From contig CATNEN010000012.1 of the NCBI GenBank assembly GCA_950097015.1, forward strand, positions 1,302,001 to 1,366,000: a stretch of DNA of 64,000 bases. Reading direction: 5' to 3'. The position numbers and the translations under genes are program-made. This stretch comes from Macrostomum hystrix (taxonomy: Eukaryota; Animalia; Platyhelminthes). Each line of letters opens with the position of its first letter. The stretch's first letter is position 1. Of the stretch, positions 36,858 through 48,327 are shown piece after piece. Below the pieces are notes generated by a model. The model had not been told where the DNA came from and searched no databases. It saw only the letters and a program-made list of their open reading frames with translations.

Positions 36858-39278
36858 ATGAGTTCGTCGTCGGAAAGTCTGTCCTCTGGGTCGTCGGAAA
36901 GTCTGTCCTCTGGGTCGTCGGAAAGTCTGTCCTCTGGGTCGTCGGAAAGTCTGTCCTCTGGGTCGTCATATGTCTCGATGTCGGTTGATTCAAGTACACA
37001 TTCGATTGACACATCCATGGGTGAATACAGCGATTCGAGCTCTTCCGCTGCAATTCAAGCAAACGTCGGCGAGCAACCGACTATTGCAATTCCTGCTGAT
37101 GACGAGAATGAAGTGCAGGCAGCTGGTCCATCTGATATCGAGCACCCTGAAATATTTTCTGCGGATGAGGATAGTAACCTTCTTTCTGTCTTTTGTATCC
37201 AAGGTATCTCTATGGAGGTCAAATGTGCCCTTCTAATGTTGTGGATGATCTTGTCGAACGTTTCCAAGAAAGCTGTTAAAAACATGCTTCGCCTCATTTC
37301 CATTCTGTCTCCTCGCGCTGCTTTACCTACATCTTACAAAGCAATGGAAGCGGTTCTGCTTCGTTCATTCATTTTAAAACCGGACTTCGTTGTGAAAGTT
37401 TGTTTAGCGTGTCTACTTATAAACTGTAGTGAACATCCAGTCGACTCTTTCGAGGGACTATGGCTCTTAAATGTAAACCATCAGGTGGAGCTTACAGTTG
37501 AAAGGCATTTAAATGATATTTTATCTTACCAGCGTGAGCTAAGGCGAGGATTTCAAACTGACATTCTGAACTCTGCTGTTAGCAATGAACTAGAAACCGG
37601 CTCATCTCCTGACATTTTTCACTTGTATTTTCTTCTTTCGGCTGACGGAGCAAACTTCTTTAAAGTTTCTGAAATGTCTGTGTGGCCTTTCTGTGCACTG
37701 TGCCTCAATTTGCCTGTTAGATTACGCCAGAAGTTTGTCAACATTATCACAATCGCTTTGTTTACCAATCGAGGAAAGCCGAATTTTGAAAAGTTTTTGC
37801 CTACTATTTTAAATCGCTTGCCTTCGTGTGTAAAAGTAAGGAATGTGACGTTTTTTCTTCACTTCTCGTTTTTTACCTGCGATTTGCCCGCTTTATCTCA
37901 CCTTTTTGGAATCAAGCAATTCAACGGACAATTTGCTTGTCCCAGATGCATCCTACCTGGCAAGTCTCTAAAGGTGTCAGAAAAAGGCCAAGTTCGTGTC
38001 TTCCCCGCTGTCCATGGAATTCCGCTTCGAACTAATGCCATGCATGCGCAGCATCTCACAGTTCTCAAGGCTCAAGGGCTTAAGGATTATTTTGGAATCA
38101 AACGCGAAACTGCTCTTCTCAAAATCATTCGTTTTCCAGAAAATTTCATTGTTGATTCTATGCATTGTCTCTGGGAAGGTCAAGTAAAACACATTCTAGC
38201 CTTCTTGACTGATTCTAAGACTAAAAGCTGCAATCCCAATCATTACCGTGTGCTAGGCTCAGCATCTGTCAATGTAATCGACTCTCAGATTATGCAACTG
38301 AAACTTCCCCAAGGTATTAGCAATGTTCCTCCAATTAGTCAGCTCTCACTTTGGAAAGCGAAAACATACAAGATTTTTGCTCTGTATCTGTTTCCATCAA
38401 TTCTGCTTCCACGAATCGAAAATCCCGAACTTAGGGGCCTGCTCCTTCTTCTTAATTCTATTTATAACTTGCTGTACTCGCAAAATTCTTGTGTTTCAAC
38501 TTTAAAACGTCTGTGCAATATGTTTCTTAACCTGTGTCCTGAGTTTTTTGGCGAACGTGTTCTGCTTCTTAATTTTCATCTTCTCTATCATCTACCCGAC
38601 CAGTATGAACGATTTGGTCCTCTGTATTGTGCATCAATGTTTCCCTTTGAGTCAGCTATGCATGGCTTTAATATGCTTCATTTTGGCAGTCGATTTCATG
38701 GAAAGCAAATTTCCGAAAAGTTTTTCTGGCTAAAAGTGCTATTGTATTCACTGCAACCTGCTGCAGGCTCCAATCCCTCAATTTCTGATGCACTCCTTGT
38801 CATCGCTAAGCACTACTGCAATCCTCCTGAGCGCGAAAATCGAACTCTAGGCGCTTCTGGGGGTAAAATTTTAACAACCACTTCTGCGGATTGCACTTTA
38901 AAAACATGTTGTTCGTATGTCCTGGATGTATCAAATTCATATTTTGCTATTAATCATTTTGCCGATAGCAAAATCTTTGGCTCTTTTCTGACTCCACAAT
39001 GTCGTTTAATCGACTTACTGTTCAATGCTGTTCCGGATTTTACCAATATTGGTGCTAGTGCATCTGAACAAGCAATCTTTCTTGCTTTTTTTACATCTGA
39101 TGTTCCACTCCGAAATATGCTTATCTTTACGAGTCAGGAACCCACTCGGGAAAATTACAATTGCATACGTCTCACTGATGTGGCTGCGAGGTGCATTCGA
39201 GTCGATGTCAACTTTCCGAACTTGCCATCAGGCAGTTTTTGTCTGGTACCCCTGTTGGAAGAGTGTGAGCACGATTAG
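36858..39278 (+). CDS. CACTA/EnSpm-type (TnpD-like) DDE transposase, 806 aa, single exon
   Basis: LSADG, VWPF, CDLPAL, FNGQFACPRC, DSMH, LWKA, NFHLLYHLPDQYERFGPL, SMFPFES motifs. Confidence 0.93.
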   Translation: MSSSSESLSSGSSESLSSGSSESLSSGSSESLSSGSSYVSMSVDSSTHSIDTSMGEYSDSSSSAAIQANVGEQPTIAIPADDENEVQAAGPSDIEHPEIFSADEDSNLLSVFCIQGISMEVKCALLMLWMILSNVSKKAVKNMLRLISILSPRAALPTSYKAMEAVLLRSFILKPDFVVKVCLACLLINCSEHPVDSFEGLWLLNVNHQVELTVERHLNDILSYQRELRRGFQTDILNSAVSNELETGSSPDIFHLYFLLSADGANFFKVSEMSVWPFCALCLNLPVRLRQKFVNIITIALFTNRGKPNFEKFLPTILNRLPSCVKVRNVTFFLHFSFFTCDLPALSHLFGIKQFNGQFACPRCILPGKSLKVSEKGQVRVFPAVHGIPLRTNAMHAQHLTVLKAQGLKDYFGIKRETALLKIIRFPENFIVDSMHCLWEGQVKHILAFLTDSKTKSCNPNHYRVLGSASVNVIDSQIMQLKLPQGISNVPPISQLSLWKAKTYKIFALYLFPSILLPRIENPELRGLLLLLNSIYNLLYSQNSCVSTLKRLCNMFLNLCPEFFGERVLLLNFHLLYHLPDQYERFGPLYCASMFPFESAMHGFNMLHFGSRFHGKQISEKFFWLKVLLYSLQPAAGSNPSISDALLVIAKHYCNPPERENRTLGASGGKILTTTSADCTLKTCCSYVLDVSNSYFAINHFADSKIFGSFLTPQCRLIDLLFNAVPDFTNIGASASEQAIFLAFFTSDVPLRNMLIFTSQEPTRENYNCIRLTDVAARCIRVDVNFPNLPSGSFCLVPLLEECEHD
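36864..36966 (+). repeat. 24-bp coding repeat (SSESLSSG)x4 at the transposase N-terminus
   Basis: tcgtcggaaagtctgtcctctggg x4. Confidence 0.9.
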
Positions 39279-42200
39279 CTCAGATAACTTCAAACGCGCG
39301 TCAGTTTTTCAGGGTCATTGTCTTGTCTCGTTTTCTATTCTGTAAGTAGTCCTGGTTGTCAATGTAATCATTGCATGAAATTTTTTCTGGTACGTATTCC
39401 TGATTTATCTGCTGGGTAGCTATTGTTGTGTAGCTTTTGTCGATGTTAGCCAGCCGATGTGTGTGTGCTAGGCTTATTCTAAAAGCTCTATTGCTAGGAC
39501 ACAGGAAGAAAATATGACTGGGGAATTAGACGGGACCAAGAAAGAGACACTAACTGGCAAACTTTCGGCTAGCAAACGCCGGCTGGCTAACATCGTAGAC
39601 CCAGTACCATCTAGTACTTGTACTTAAGCAAGCTTTGTTTCTTGTTAGTTTTTCTAAACTAAAAAGCCCTTTTTCACAAAACATGCGCGCCTAATGCTCA
39701 GCTATATTTATCCTACATGTTATGTTTTACGTTTTCTCTCATATGCCGTGCGCTTTGTTTAGATACACCTAATTCTTTGTCACATTTTTGCAGTTTTTTA
39801 TGTTTAATTGCTTTTACGTAAAACTCCGGGGACACAAATTTTTTTTTTACATTTGGCTTCTTTGTTTGGTAATAAATATTACATTTTCGGCTCACTCACT
39901 TAGTTGAGACCTGTCTTATACATAAAACTAACCAATTGTGTTATTTTGAGTGTGTCTTATTGTGTGTACATCGCCCATGGTTTGGTAAGACAAACCAGAA
40001 TAGAACTAAGTACGGTTTTAATGAGCCGATTTAAACGAAGGTACGAAGTGCAATGTATTCATATATATACGAGTATATATGGCTCGCAAGATGACTAAAA
40101 ATGCATTATTTCTAATTAATTGCAACCACATTATAAATGCATTTTATATATATAGAATTTGCATTATAATGGCAATTATAATGCCATTAAGTGGCAATTA
40201 TAATGCCATTAAGTGGCATTCAATGTCATTATAATGGCCAGTAAAAATGCATTATTTACCCATTATGGGTCCCTAGGGTGCTCATTGGCGGCGGTTAGAA
40301 AAGCATATGAACGTGCCAAAGCTTCGCCATCTCATGTTAAAAACGACCTGCGCAACCTAAAAAATGAAAGAGAGTTGTTACAAATTTCTATGCAGGGAAC
40401 TGCTTTCAACGGCTACATTCAGATCAATGCGGCACCTCTCGGTATAATGCTCTATTTTTCCAACCAGTTCGATCTCCTCCAAGAAGTTCTACGGTCCGAT
40501 CCTATGACACCTACTCACATCGACGTCTCAGGCGGTCTTGTGCGTCGCTCCAAGTATGTCGAACACGAGACGCTGCACTGTAGCGCCGTTCTGTGTACTG
40601 AGAAGGTGGTTGCAGTGCCTATATCTGACGCCGTCTTGCAGAAGACGCGAACAAAGGACATCACTAACTGGCTTGACGCAACGCTCCTCGATTTTGCCAG
40701 ACACTGTGATAATGGCATTTGGGAGGCCAGTCGGAAAGGTCCACATCTGTTTGTAACGGATTTCAGCTGGGTGCTGATTTCGGCCATTTTGTGTTCAGCT
40801 GCAGGTCTTGATGTCATTCGGTAAGTGAAATTATACTCTTACTTTTATGTATTGTACTATGCTTAGTTACTGGAGGAGGCGACGACAACTTCTGTTGAAC
40901 TACGGGACTGACTAACCATAGATAGATGCAGTACCGGCTCGCAGTATTTCCAGAATATCTCTCACCCAGGGGTTGTAAAGGATACGCTCGTACATGAAAA
41001 AATTGAATTACAGCATCGATGTTCTGTGCTGTCGATGAGGAAGTTTTATCATTTTGGCAACTGTCTGTGTAGTGTCTTAAATCCGTTGCTGAAAATTCGC
41101 CAGTGCCAATCGCATCTGGAATATTACTGGAAAAGGTGTAAATTTGCGGCTCGTGCAAAAAATATTTAGCAGTTTCTTTTTAATCTGATCAACGCAGCGC
41201 GAGCAACTGTGTACGTATACTAAAAGATGTAGCGCCTACGGAAAACGGCTCGTATACACTTGAGAGGGTTCTTGTGGGTAATTTTTTTAATGATTTTTTT
41301 AGAAATCTGTATTATTCAGTTCCATGATGATGGAAATGTAGGTACCTGAAGATCCAATTCAAGCGGTTAACAAAAGAGCCAACACAAGCTCCGACTAAAC
41401 CTATAGTTTTCGTTTGTACGGCGCACTTTCTGCACCGTGTTGCAATCACGATACCCATTCGTGATGCAACCTTGCGCAGGACTTTCCTGCTGTGTCGCGC
41501 AACTAATTCTAGCTCGTCGAATCCGTGATGCCCAGCAGACGTGCCGTCTTATGTGCGTGGTGTTCGGGTCGCGAGACATCGGACTACGTAAACGAAGCAT
41601 ACTCGATGTTGCGGCAGCAAATCAGCAAAATGGCGTCTGAACCTAAGGAAATGATTGACGACGTGATTTCTAAAAATGAAGCCCAACAGAAACGGCCCGA
41701 AATCGAAGGCGAGCCGGAATTTAGGCCAAGCAAATCAACGCTGCGGCTGAACTCGCACAATTTCTTCACTTTTTCCAAATTTCGACTTAAATGACGAAAA
41801 TGATGCATCGACCAATTCGCTCTTTGCCACGGTAGCACTTGATAAGTTACAAAAGTTGTGGCTTCCTCTGCTTCCACTGTGGAGCGTCTGTGTACTCAGT
41901 GGCACACCTAAAGATAGGCAGCATTTGACGAATGCACCAGTAGAGTCCTGGTTTAATGTGCTGAAGCGGCGTCTACTTAGCGTCAGGTAATGTTGAGGTG
42001 TTTTAGCCCGCGTACTTGTGGGATCCAGTTGATAATCGAATTAGATTTAGAGAAGATTCAAGCATGAATTTCCTATTTTTCATTTTAGAGGATCGCGAAT
42101 GAAGCTATCACGTTTTGTGAAAAGACTCTTAAAGTTCCTGAAGCCAAGAATCTCGCGCATCCGCCTGGAGATGAGGCAGCGTGTTCTGCCCCCTAAGTAC

Positions 42201-44165
42201 AAACGGAAATGCCGGACAGACGGCTCAACACCTCATGTTCCTCGTGGTGACGGCTGGAATAGAAGCCGCATTGTCAAACAAGACATACGAGACTGCGTGC
42301 ATGAAGCCATGCTTAAAATGTAATGCCAATGACTTTGGCTTGCCATGCATCCGTAGGTTCGACCGGGACTGCCTTTTAAAAAAAGACTCCTGGCTGTCCA
42401 GCACCGTAATCATTCTTTCCAATTAGCAAGACTGATAACTAAATTTACGAGAACATACGGCAATTCCTTTCTATAATTATATATACCTTTAACTAGATAC
42501 TCGACGCCTACCTAGCCGTTTTGGCCGATTCAGTCAAGGGATTGGTCTGCCTTCTGACCAGCCACGTCCAGGAGATTATGGGAAGAAGTATGCAGTCGAA
42601 GCCGCCGACGCGCAAGCTGACAAGGTCGTCCAACCAGTTTGAAGCTAATCCTCCTTTGCGGAAGATATCCGAGGAGCTTATGCTGAGGCTAAAGAAGGTA
42701 AGCTATCTATCCCCTTTTATTTTCATGGTTTGCAGGGACTGCATGACTACATAATTTGTGATAAAAACTTTTGACTAATGTGGCCCGCTTAAGGTGCAAC
42801 GCAATAGTGCTTCATTTCGCACACGACATGACTTTAATTGTTTTTATAAATCTGCGTATGCGCCGCCTTTTTTCATTATCTTAGTGTACTTAGCGTATGG
42901 CTGAACGTTTACATTCACATATAATGAATGTCTAGTTCGCATTATTCTCGTTCTACTTATCTGTACAGGCGTCCTGTTTAAAGTCGTCCGTGGTAGGGAT
43001 TTGGCACGACGTGAACCATTTTAGTCTCCTTTGGATGGACCTATCCAACCTTTTCGTCACAGTGTTAGGCCCACTCAAGTCACGTTCCGTCAAGGTTCAA
43101 CAAATTTGCTCTGCCATTAAGTAAGTGAATCTTTCATTATAGATATGCTAGGTGCTGAAATGTAATATGATTGGAATAACACCTCAGCTTCTCAGGCTCT
43201 GTACTTAAGGCACTGGAGTTACGCATTCAAATTACATGGCGTCAATACGAGCGTAGACTTTTAGCTATCAAACCTATCTATTCTAACTTCTTGATTTCAT
43301 TGACACTGCCGCTCGGTTGCTTTCACACAACACGTTAAAGTTTTCACACTACACGTTTAACTATTGAAATCTCAGAACGCTGCCTCTTCCGCCCGATGTC
43401 GACAGGCCGCGCTTCGAAGAGCGAAGATTCACCCATCCATTTCAAGGCGATGCCGTTAGTTGCGGCATACTGTGCTGCATCTATGCGGCTCGCATTGCAA
43501 ATCATGCGGCTCTCGAAAAGGAGCTACGCAGCAACGGCAAGGACGCCATGAGCGGCTACCGCCATCAAATTTGGCGCGCCCTTTTTTCCAGGCCAGCAAA
43601 GGCATCAATTCACGTTGCTTCCGATGTGGGGAAAAAGACTGCCCCAAATCGCCCATGTCAAAGCAGCAGGACCAAAGCTACAATTTAAGTGACGAAATGA
43701 TGACCATGCCATAATTCGAAAGCAAAACAGTCACCACGCTAACATTTGTGTATGTGCTAGCCCGTGAAGGATGGTCAAGTCTAGGTGTAGGAAATAAAAA
43801 GGTGTCCTGTATGCAAGAACCGTGATATTTTAAACCTCGGTTTAAAATAATGCGAATAATACAATCAAGAAACCACGCATCAATCAATCGCTTCCACACT
43901 TAGTCATGGCAGATCTTTTGTGACTCGTGTCACCTTTGGGCTCACGTTGAGTGCGTTGGTTTTCCGGCCGACGGCCTTGAGCTTCCTACATGGCAGTGCG
44001 ACTTCTATCGACGGTTCGCGTGAGTATATTCGATTTGAAAGTTTTTTTTGTTGGTCAGTAATCTTCTACCTAATGTAGCTGTTTTACTAGCAATTAAGCC
44101 GACTAAGCCTAGCCAAGAGCTAGTGTCGGTGAACTAGACTTGTTTGTCCTGTTTGTAATTTATCG

Positions 44166-46260
44166 TCATTTTTTGGAAGGTAGATAATTCTGACATGTCA
44201 TACCAAAACTATGTTTGCGTACTTTCATATCATTTATTAGAAACGACGATGACCCGGACCACCTCACGAGAGCTGCTGAAACGAAGGAAGCCAGCGAACA
44301 TCCACCGAAACCGAGCGACCAGTGGAGATAAGCAAACATCCATCTGACTAGAGTCCTCGGGAGATCGGTGTTGTTAATCATAGACAGGAGTTTGGTATGG
44401 TTAAAAAAATCGAAGGCCGTTTGATGGTCAAGGGCCCCTTGAAGCCGTGCTGCCACTCAGGAAGCTTAATGGTTCTCTGAAAGCGATTCCTTTGGGTCCG
44501 AGATGTTTGAGATGGACCAGGCAGAGGCCGTCAGGGCCAATGGCCTTGGAGGGCGCCGCAGTCTTACTAGCTTTTTTGACGTCATCAGCATTAATTTCTT
44601 CAAGGTCTTGCCCAGAAGATTGGCGAATTTCGCGTCGAAGTTTCTTATCAGATGCTATCGATGGAAACAAGAATTGCTTGTTGAAAGCGTTGGCCATTTC
44701 TTTAGGCTTGGTAAGGAATCTAGGCCTGGTATTGTCCCCAAAAGCAATGCAGGAGGAAGACTTTGACGCTTTTGCCCGAGAGGGTCTTGATATTACGCCA
44801 AAGCTCTTTGGTGTTACGACTGATACTGAAGGAATCAAGACGGTCGATCCATTTTTTACGACGTTTTTTGGGGCGGATGTTGAAGATTTCCATTTGAAGC
44901 TCCGCCAGTCTCTTGAATCCAGGATCTGCCAGGAGCGAATGACATCGCGTTCGTGGCAGAGAGAGCTGGTCTCGCTGGGGAAGTCAATTACGAACTCGCG
45001 AATGCTCGCAGCAGGAATTTGGTGCTTGGCCGAGGATGATCTCGCGGAAAACCTTCTCTCCAGAGTGAGGGTGAGTGGGACGCTGAACGGTTCCCAACCG
45101 CTGCTCTATTTCGGTGGTAAACGCAGCCCAATAAGCTTTATTGAATTTAATGAAGGTCCTTTTTGGCCCGTTGAGTGTCGAAACCTGGGTGGAGGTTTGG
45201 AGCTTGATTAAAATTGGCAGATGGTCGGAGCCAAGTGTGACCAATATCTCCCAGTTGCAGGCGGTGAAGATGTCGACGCTGGCGAGACTGATGTCAGGAC
45301 TAATGGGCTGACGGTAGCCTGGTGGGGCAGTCTTCATTGAGGATGGCCAGATTAGTCTCAAGGAGATCGTCAGCAAGCTGGTTGCCTCTGGCATCAGAGA
45401 TGGAGGAGTGCCAGAGAGAACTGTGAGCGTTGAAGTCTCCAAGGACTAAATGCGAACCTGTGGTGCAGTCACCAAGATGTTATGTGGAATTGTAAGATAA
45501 GTTGTTAGGACAGGAGCTGGCCGGCGGGACTTAGATGTTATGAAGCCGCAGTTGGTCTTGCCGAACTGGATAGTACTTAAGAGACATTTTCTCAACCGGC
45601 TCGGTTTCGGTCCCTTGGCTGGTAGACAGGCTGTGAAAGCTGAGGTCACAGGTACGAAAGGTACGAATGAAGAAGCAGAGACACCCTCCTTTGTTTCTTT
45701 CCCGGTCCTGTCTCAGGACCTCATAGCCAGGGATCACCAGTTTGCTGGTCGGACGGGGTTTCGTTTCTTGGATAGCGGCAACAGCGACGACGTGTTTGAT
45801 CAGAAAGGCACTAATTTCGTCCGCTTTCCCGAAGATGCCGTTGGCATTGAATTGAAAGAGATGAAATAGTTTCGAGAGGGAGAGAAGGAGAGGGAGCGGC
45901 GCAGGGAAAGGAAGGGTGGTGGAGAGGCGCAGAGCAGGAAGCAGGATGAGAGTGATGAGAGGTAGCGATTCGGTTGAGCATGACTGGCCCTTATCGCCTG
46001 AGAGACACCAGTAGGTTGCGGCGGCACCATGGCAACGGTGGATGATGCAGTGTTGGTTCACATCCGGCAGCGGAAGTCGGGCGTTCAGTCAAACAGATTG
46101 CACAGGTCACTAAAGTTTTTATGGTGGATTCATTGGTTACAAGGCTTGCAGAAGACGGACCCAGCAGAATAACAAGGTTCTTAGAACAAACCCAATATGG
46201 CTAGGGGCCTGGGTTCTGTTCGATCCAGAACCGGCTCTGATGAGGAGCGAACAGACCAGG
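44166..46260 (-). mobile_element. Decayed, internally deleted APE-RT LINE (Ingi/I-group-like) with N-terminal 2A-like motif and PHD remnant
   Basis: Minus strand: LLIRAG / IEQNPGP; CKPCNQ*IH...FRCRM*; FQFNANGI and IQETK; GDFNAH, SDHLPILI; AIGPDGL; TAFDFFNHTKLL...LVRWMFAYL; many stops and frameshifts. Confidence 0.85.
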
Positions 46261-46589
46261 GTGGCTGACAGGACCTGATTCGATGCCGAAAAAACAAGAG
46301 AGCCTTGAAAAAACAAGGCTAGAGATGGCTGGAGGCCATCTTTGTGGAATGTCTGTGGGTGGGAGCCAAGGCTGTGGGTGGGACCGCGACAAAGATGCAC
46401 TGCTTTTGGTCCCAAACCAACAGCCAGGTTAGTCAGCCATGTAAAAGGTGCTTGTGGAGATTTAGCTAAAGTTCCAGATGGTGCGAGTGCAGTGCCCTCC
46501 CAAGTTGGGAGTGTAGTCCATTTACTCTGGTCAGAGATGGAGTCACCTCTACTTGCCCTAGGAATAACATAGGAATAAGTAAGGCATAA

Positions 46590-46995
46590 GTATGCGAGTT
46601 TTATAGTCAGTTGGTATTTTCCCATGCATTTTTATTTCCATTTGTTCTTGTTTTTTACTCGTTCTAAGTAAGTCTAGATTTTTTTGCATCAGTGCAAAGC
46701 ACATTTAAAAATAAATTTGCAGCTACATTTCTTTATCTAGGTTTTGCCAGGTTTTGCTAGGTTCTGGCATTCATGGTATTTTCTGACTGCCAAAAAACAC
46801 ATTTTATGTGGTAATATGTATGTCCTTTTATGCCAAGTCTTGGCACAAGTAATGCAATTTTTATAGTCAGTTGGTATTTTTCCCATGTGTTTTATTTCCA
46901 TTTGTTCTTGTTTTTTATGTGTTCCAAGTAAGTCTCGACTTTTTTGCTACAGTGTCAAGCTCATTTAAAAAATTAATTTGCACCTACAAATCCTT
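46590..46995. repeat. Imperfect direct duplication, about 260-bp period
   Basis: ttttatagtcagttggtatttttcccatg...atttccatttgttcttg occurs at about 46599 and 46859. Confidence 0.7.
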
Positions 46996-47685
46996 ATCTA
47001 TATTTTCTATTTTCAAGGCCCACTTTTGACTTATTTGTTTTTCATGACAGCTGAGTAAAGGCATTTTTAAATCAATTTTCAACATCAGAAACTAATTTAA
47101 TACATATGAATACAATATTTAAACTTCAAAGATTGAATCGAAATTGCATCAATCAATGTTGTACATAAAAACCTCATAAAAAACACATTGAAAGCAGTAT
47201 ATAAAAATGGCATTGAAAGTCGTATCTAAATACCGCATTGAAAACCACATCAAAAGTTGTATATAAATGTTATACACAAATGAATTAAAAAATATATGTA
47301 AGTACTTAGTATAATACAGTAGGCCTATTTCCAGCATAAAAACTGCATTGAAAACCTTGTAGTTATTGTCCATACATCACAATGTGGTTTTTAATACAGT
47401 AAATTCCACACAGACAAAATTTGCATACATTATCAAAAGGGTAAAAAGCTTATAAATAGTTATGGCAAGGTCCTAAAAGTGATCAATACATTAAAGGAAC
47501 TAAAAGTAAGGGCCTAGCCAATGAAAGGCTTGAAGGGCCTAGCATAATCACAATAGCCTTGGCCAATATACAAGTATGTATAAGAATGAACAGTCCATTA
47601 TATGATAATAATAGCATAGCCAACTGACCCAATTGATTGACATTGACACATTGTATAGTGGTAGTATAAGAATGGCATAAGGATA

Positions 47686-48327
47686 GGGTAATGTATCATC
47701 AACCGAACAGTGTATCTTCAAAACCGAACAAGAATTTTTACTTCTTCCTTGGTCTCGTGCAAGACAGAAACAAGCTATTGTGTTTCACAGAACAACTAAT
47801 TTGAAAGTTGTAGAAATTATCTACAAGCTGAGGCATGATGTGCAATGAAGCATTAAGAGGAAAGAAAGATATTGATGTTTCAGTAGAAATTTGTATTGCA
47901 AAAGCATACTTTTTAACAACATTTTTTCAGTATGTACTTTAGACAAAGATTGTATGTGGTTGCTTGCCAATTAAATGACCATAAATGTAGTTATTTATAG
48001 AGCATGAAAAATGCTTTCAAATTACATAATTCATGATAGTTCACTCCTGAAAATAAGATTAAACCACTCACTCAAATTGTAAAACCAAACATCAAATTCT
48101 CTGTTTGGTTTGAAGATACATGAAAATCATTGTTCGGTTTTAGATAAAAAGCTGGAATAACTTTTTTCTATTTGATAAAATAGCAAAAGCTGATACTTTT
48201 TAGAAAGATGTAACTGTTTTCTATAACTTGGCTTTTGATTTATCATCATATCTTAAATAGAAAATCTGTAGCTTAGGTTTGAAGTTAAAAAAATACACAT
48301 TCTTGTTTGGTTGATGATACATTACCC
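47686..48327. mobile_element. MITE with 24-bp TIR and TA target duplication
   Basis: TA|GGGTAATGTATCATCAACCGAACA ... TGTTTGGTTGATGATACATTACCC|TA; superfamily uncertain. Confidence 0.85.

Larger units (their letters stand above)
32824..40278 (+). mobile_element. Apparently intact autonomous CACTA/EnSpm(CMC)-like transposon, 7455 bp
   Basis: About 35-bp TIR (CCCTAGGGACCCAAAATGGACAAATAATGCATTTT vs CCCTAGGGACCCATAATGGGTAAATAATGCATTTT), 2-bp TSD TG (32822-32823, 40279-40280), ATGCAT subterminal repeats, two intact genes. Confidence 0.92.
32290..44014 (+). pseudogene. Spliced, disrupted NOF/FB-like (MULE-related) transposase gene with C-terminal Ulp1-like protease and PHD finger; split by element 32824-40278
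   Basis: ERS|CSLAAVRKAYE rejoins across the TG TSD; HIDVSGG, ITNWL, FVTDFSWVLISA (about 40490-40790), TNAPVESWFNVLK (about 41928); DSWLSSTVI, HDVNHFSLLWMD, QGDAVSCGIL; CDSCHLWAHVECVG...WQC. Confidence 0.65.

Noticed and set aside
44109-44115. CTAGTG as the right end of the CACTA element starting at 2653
   Set aside because: No TA TSD, no TTGCAA subterminal repeats, and no further TIR match.
44447-45211. 254-aa plus-strand ORF
   Set aside because: Antisense shadow of the LINE coding sequence, with no motifs of its own.
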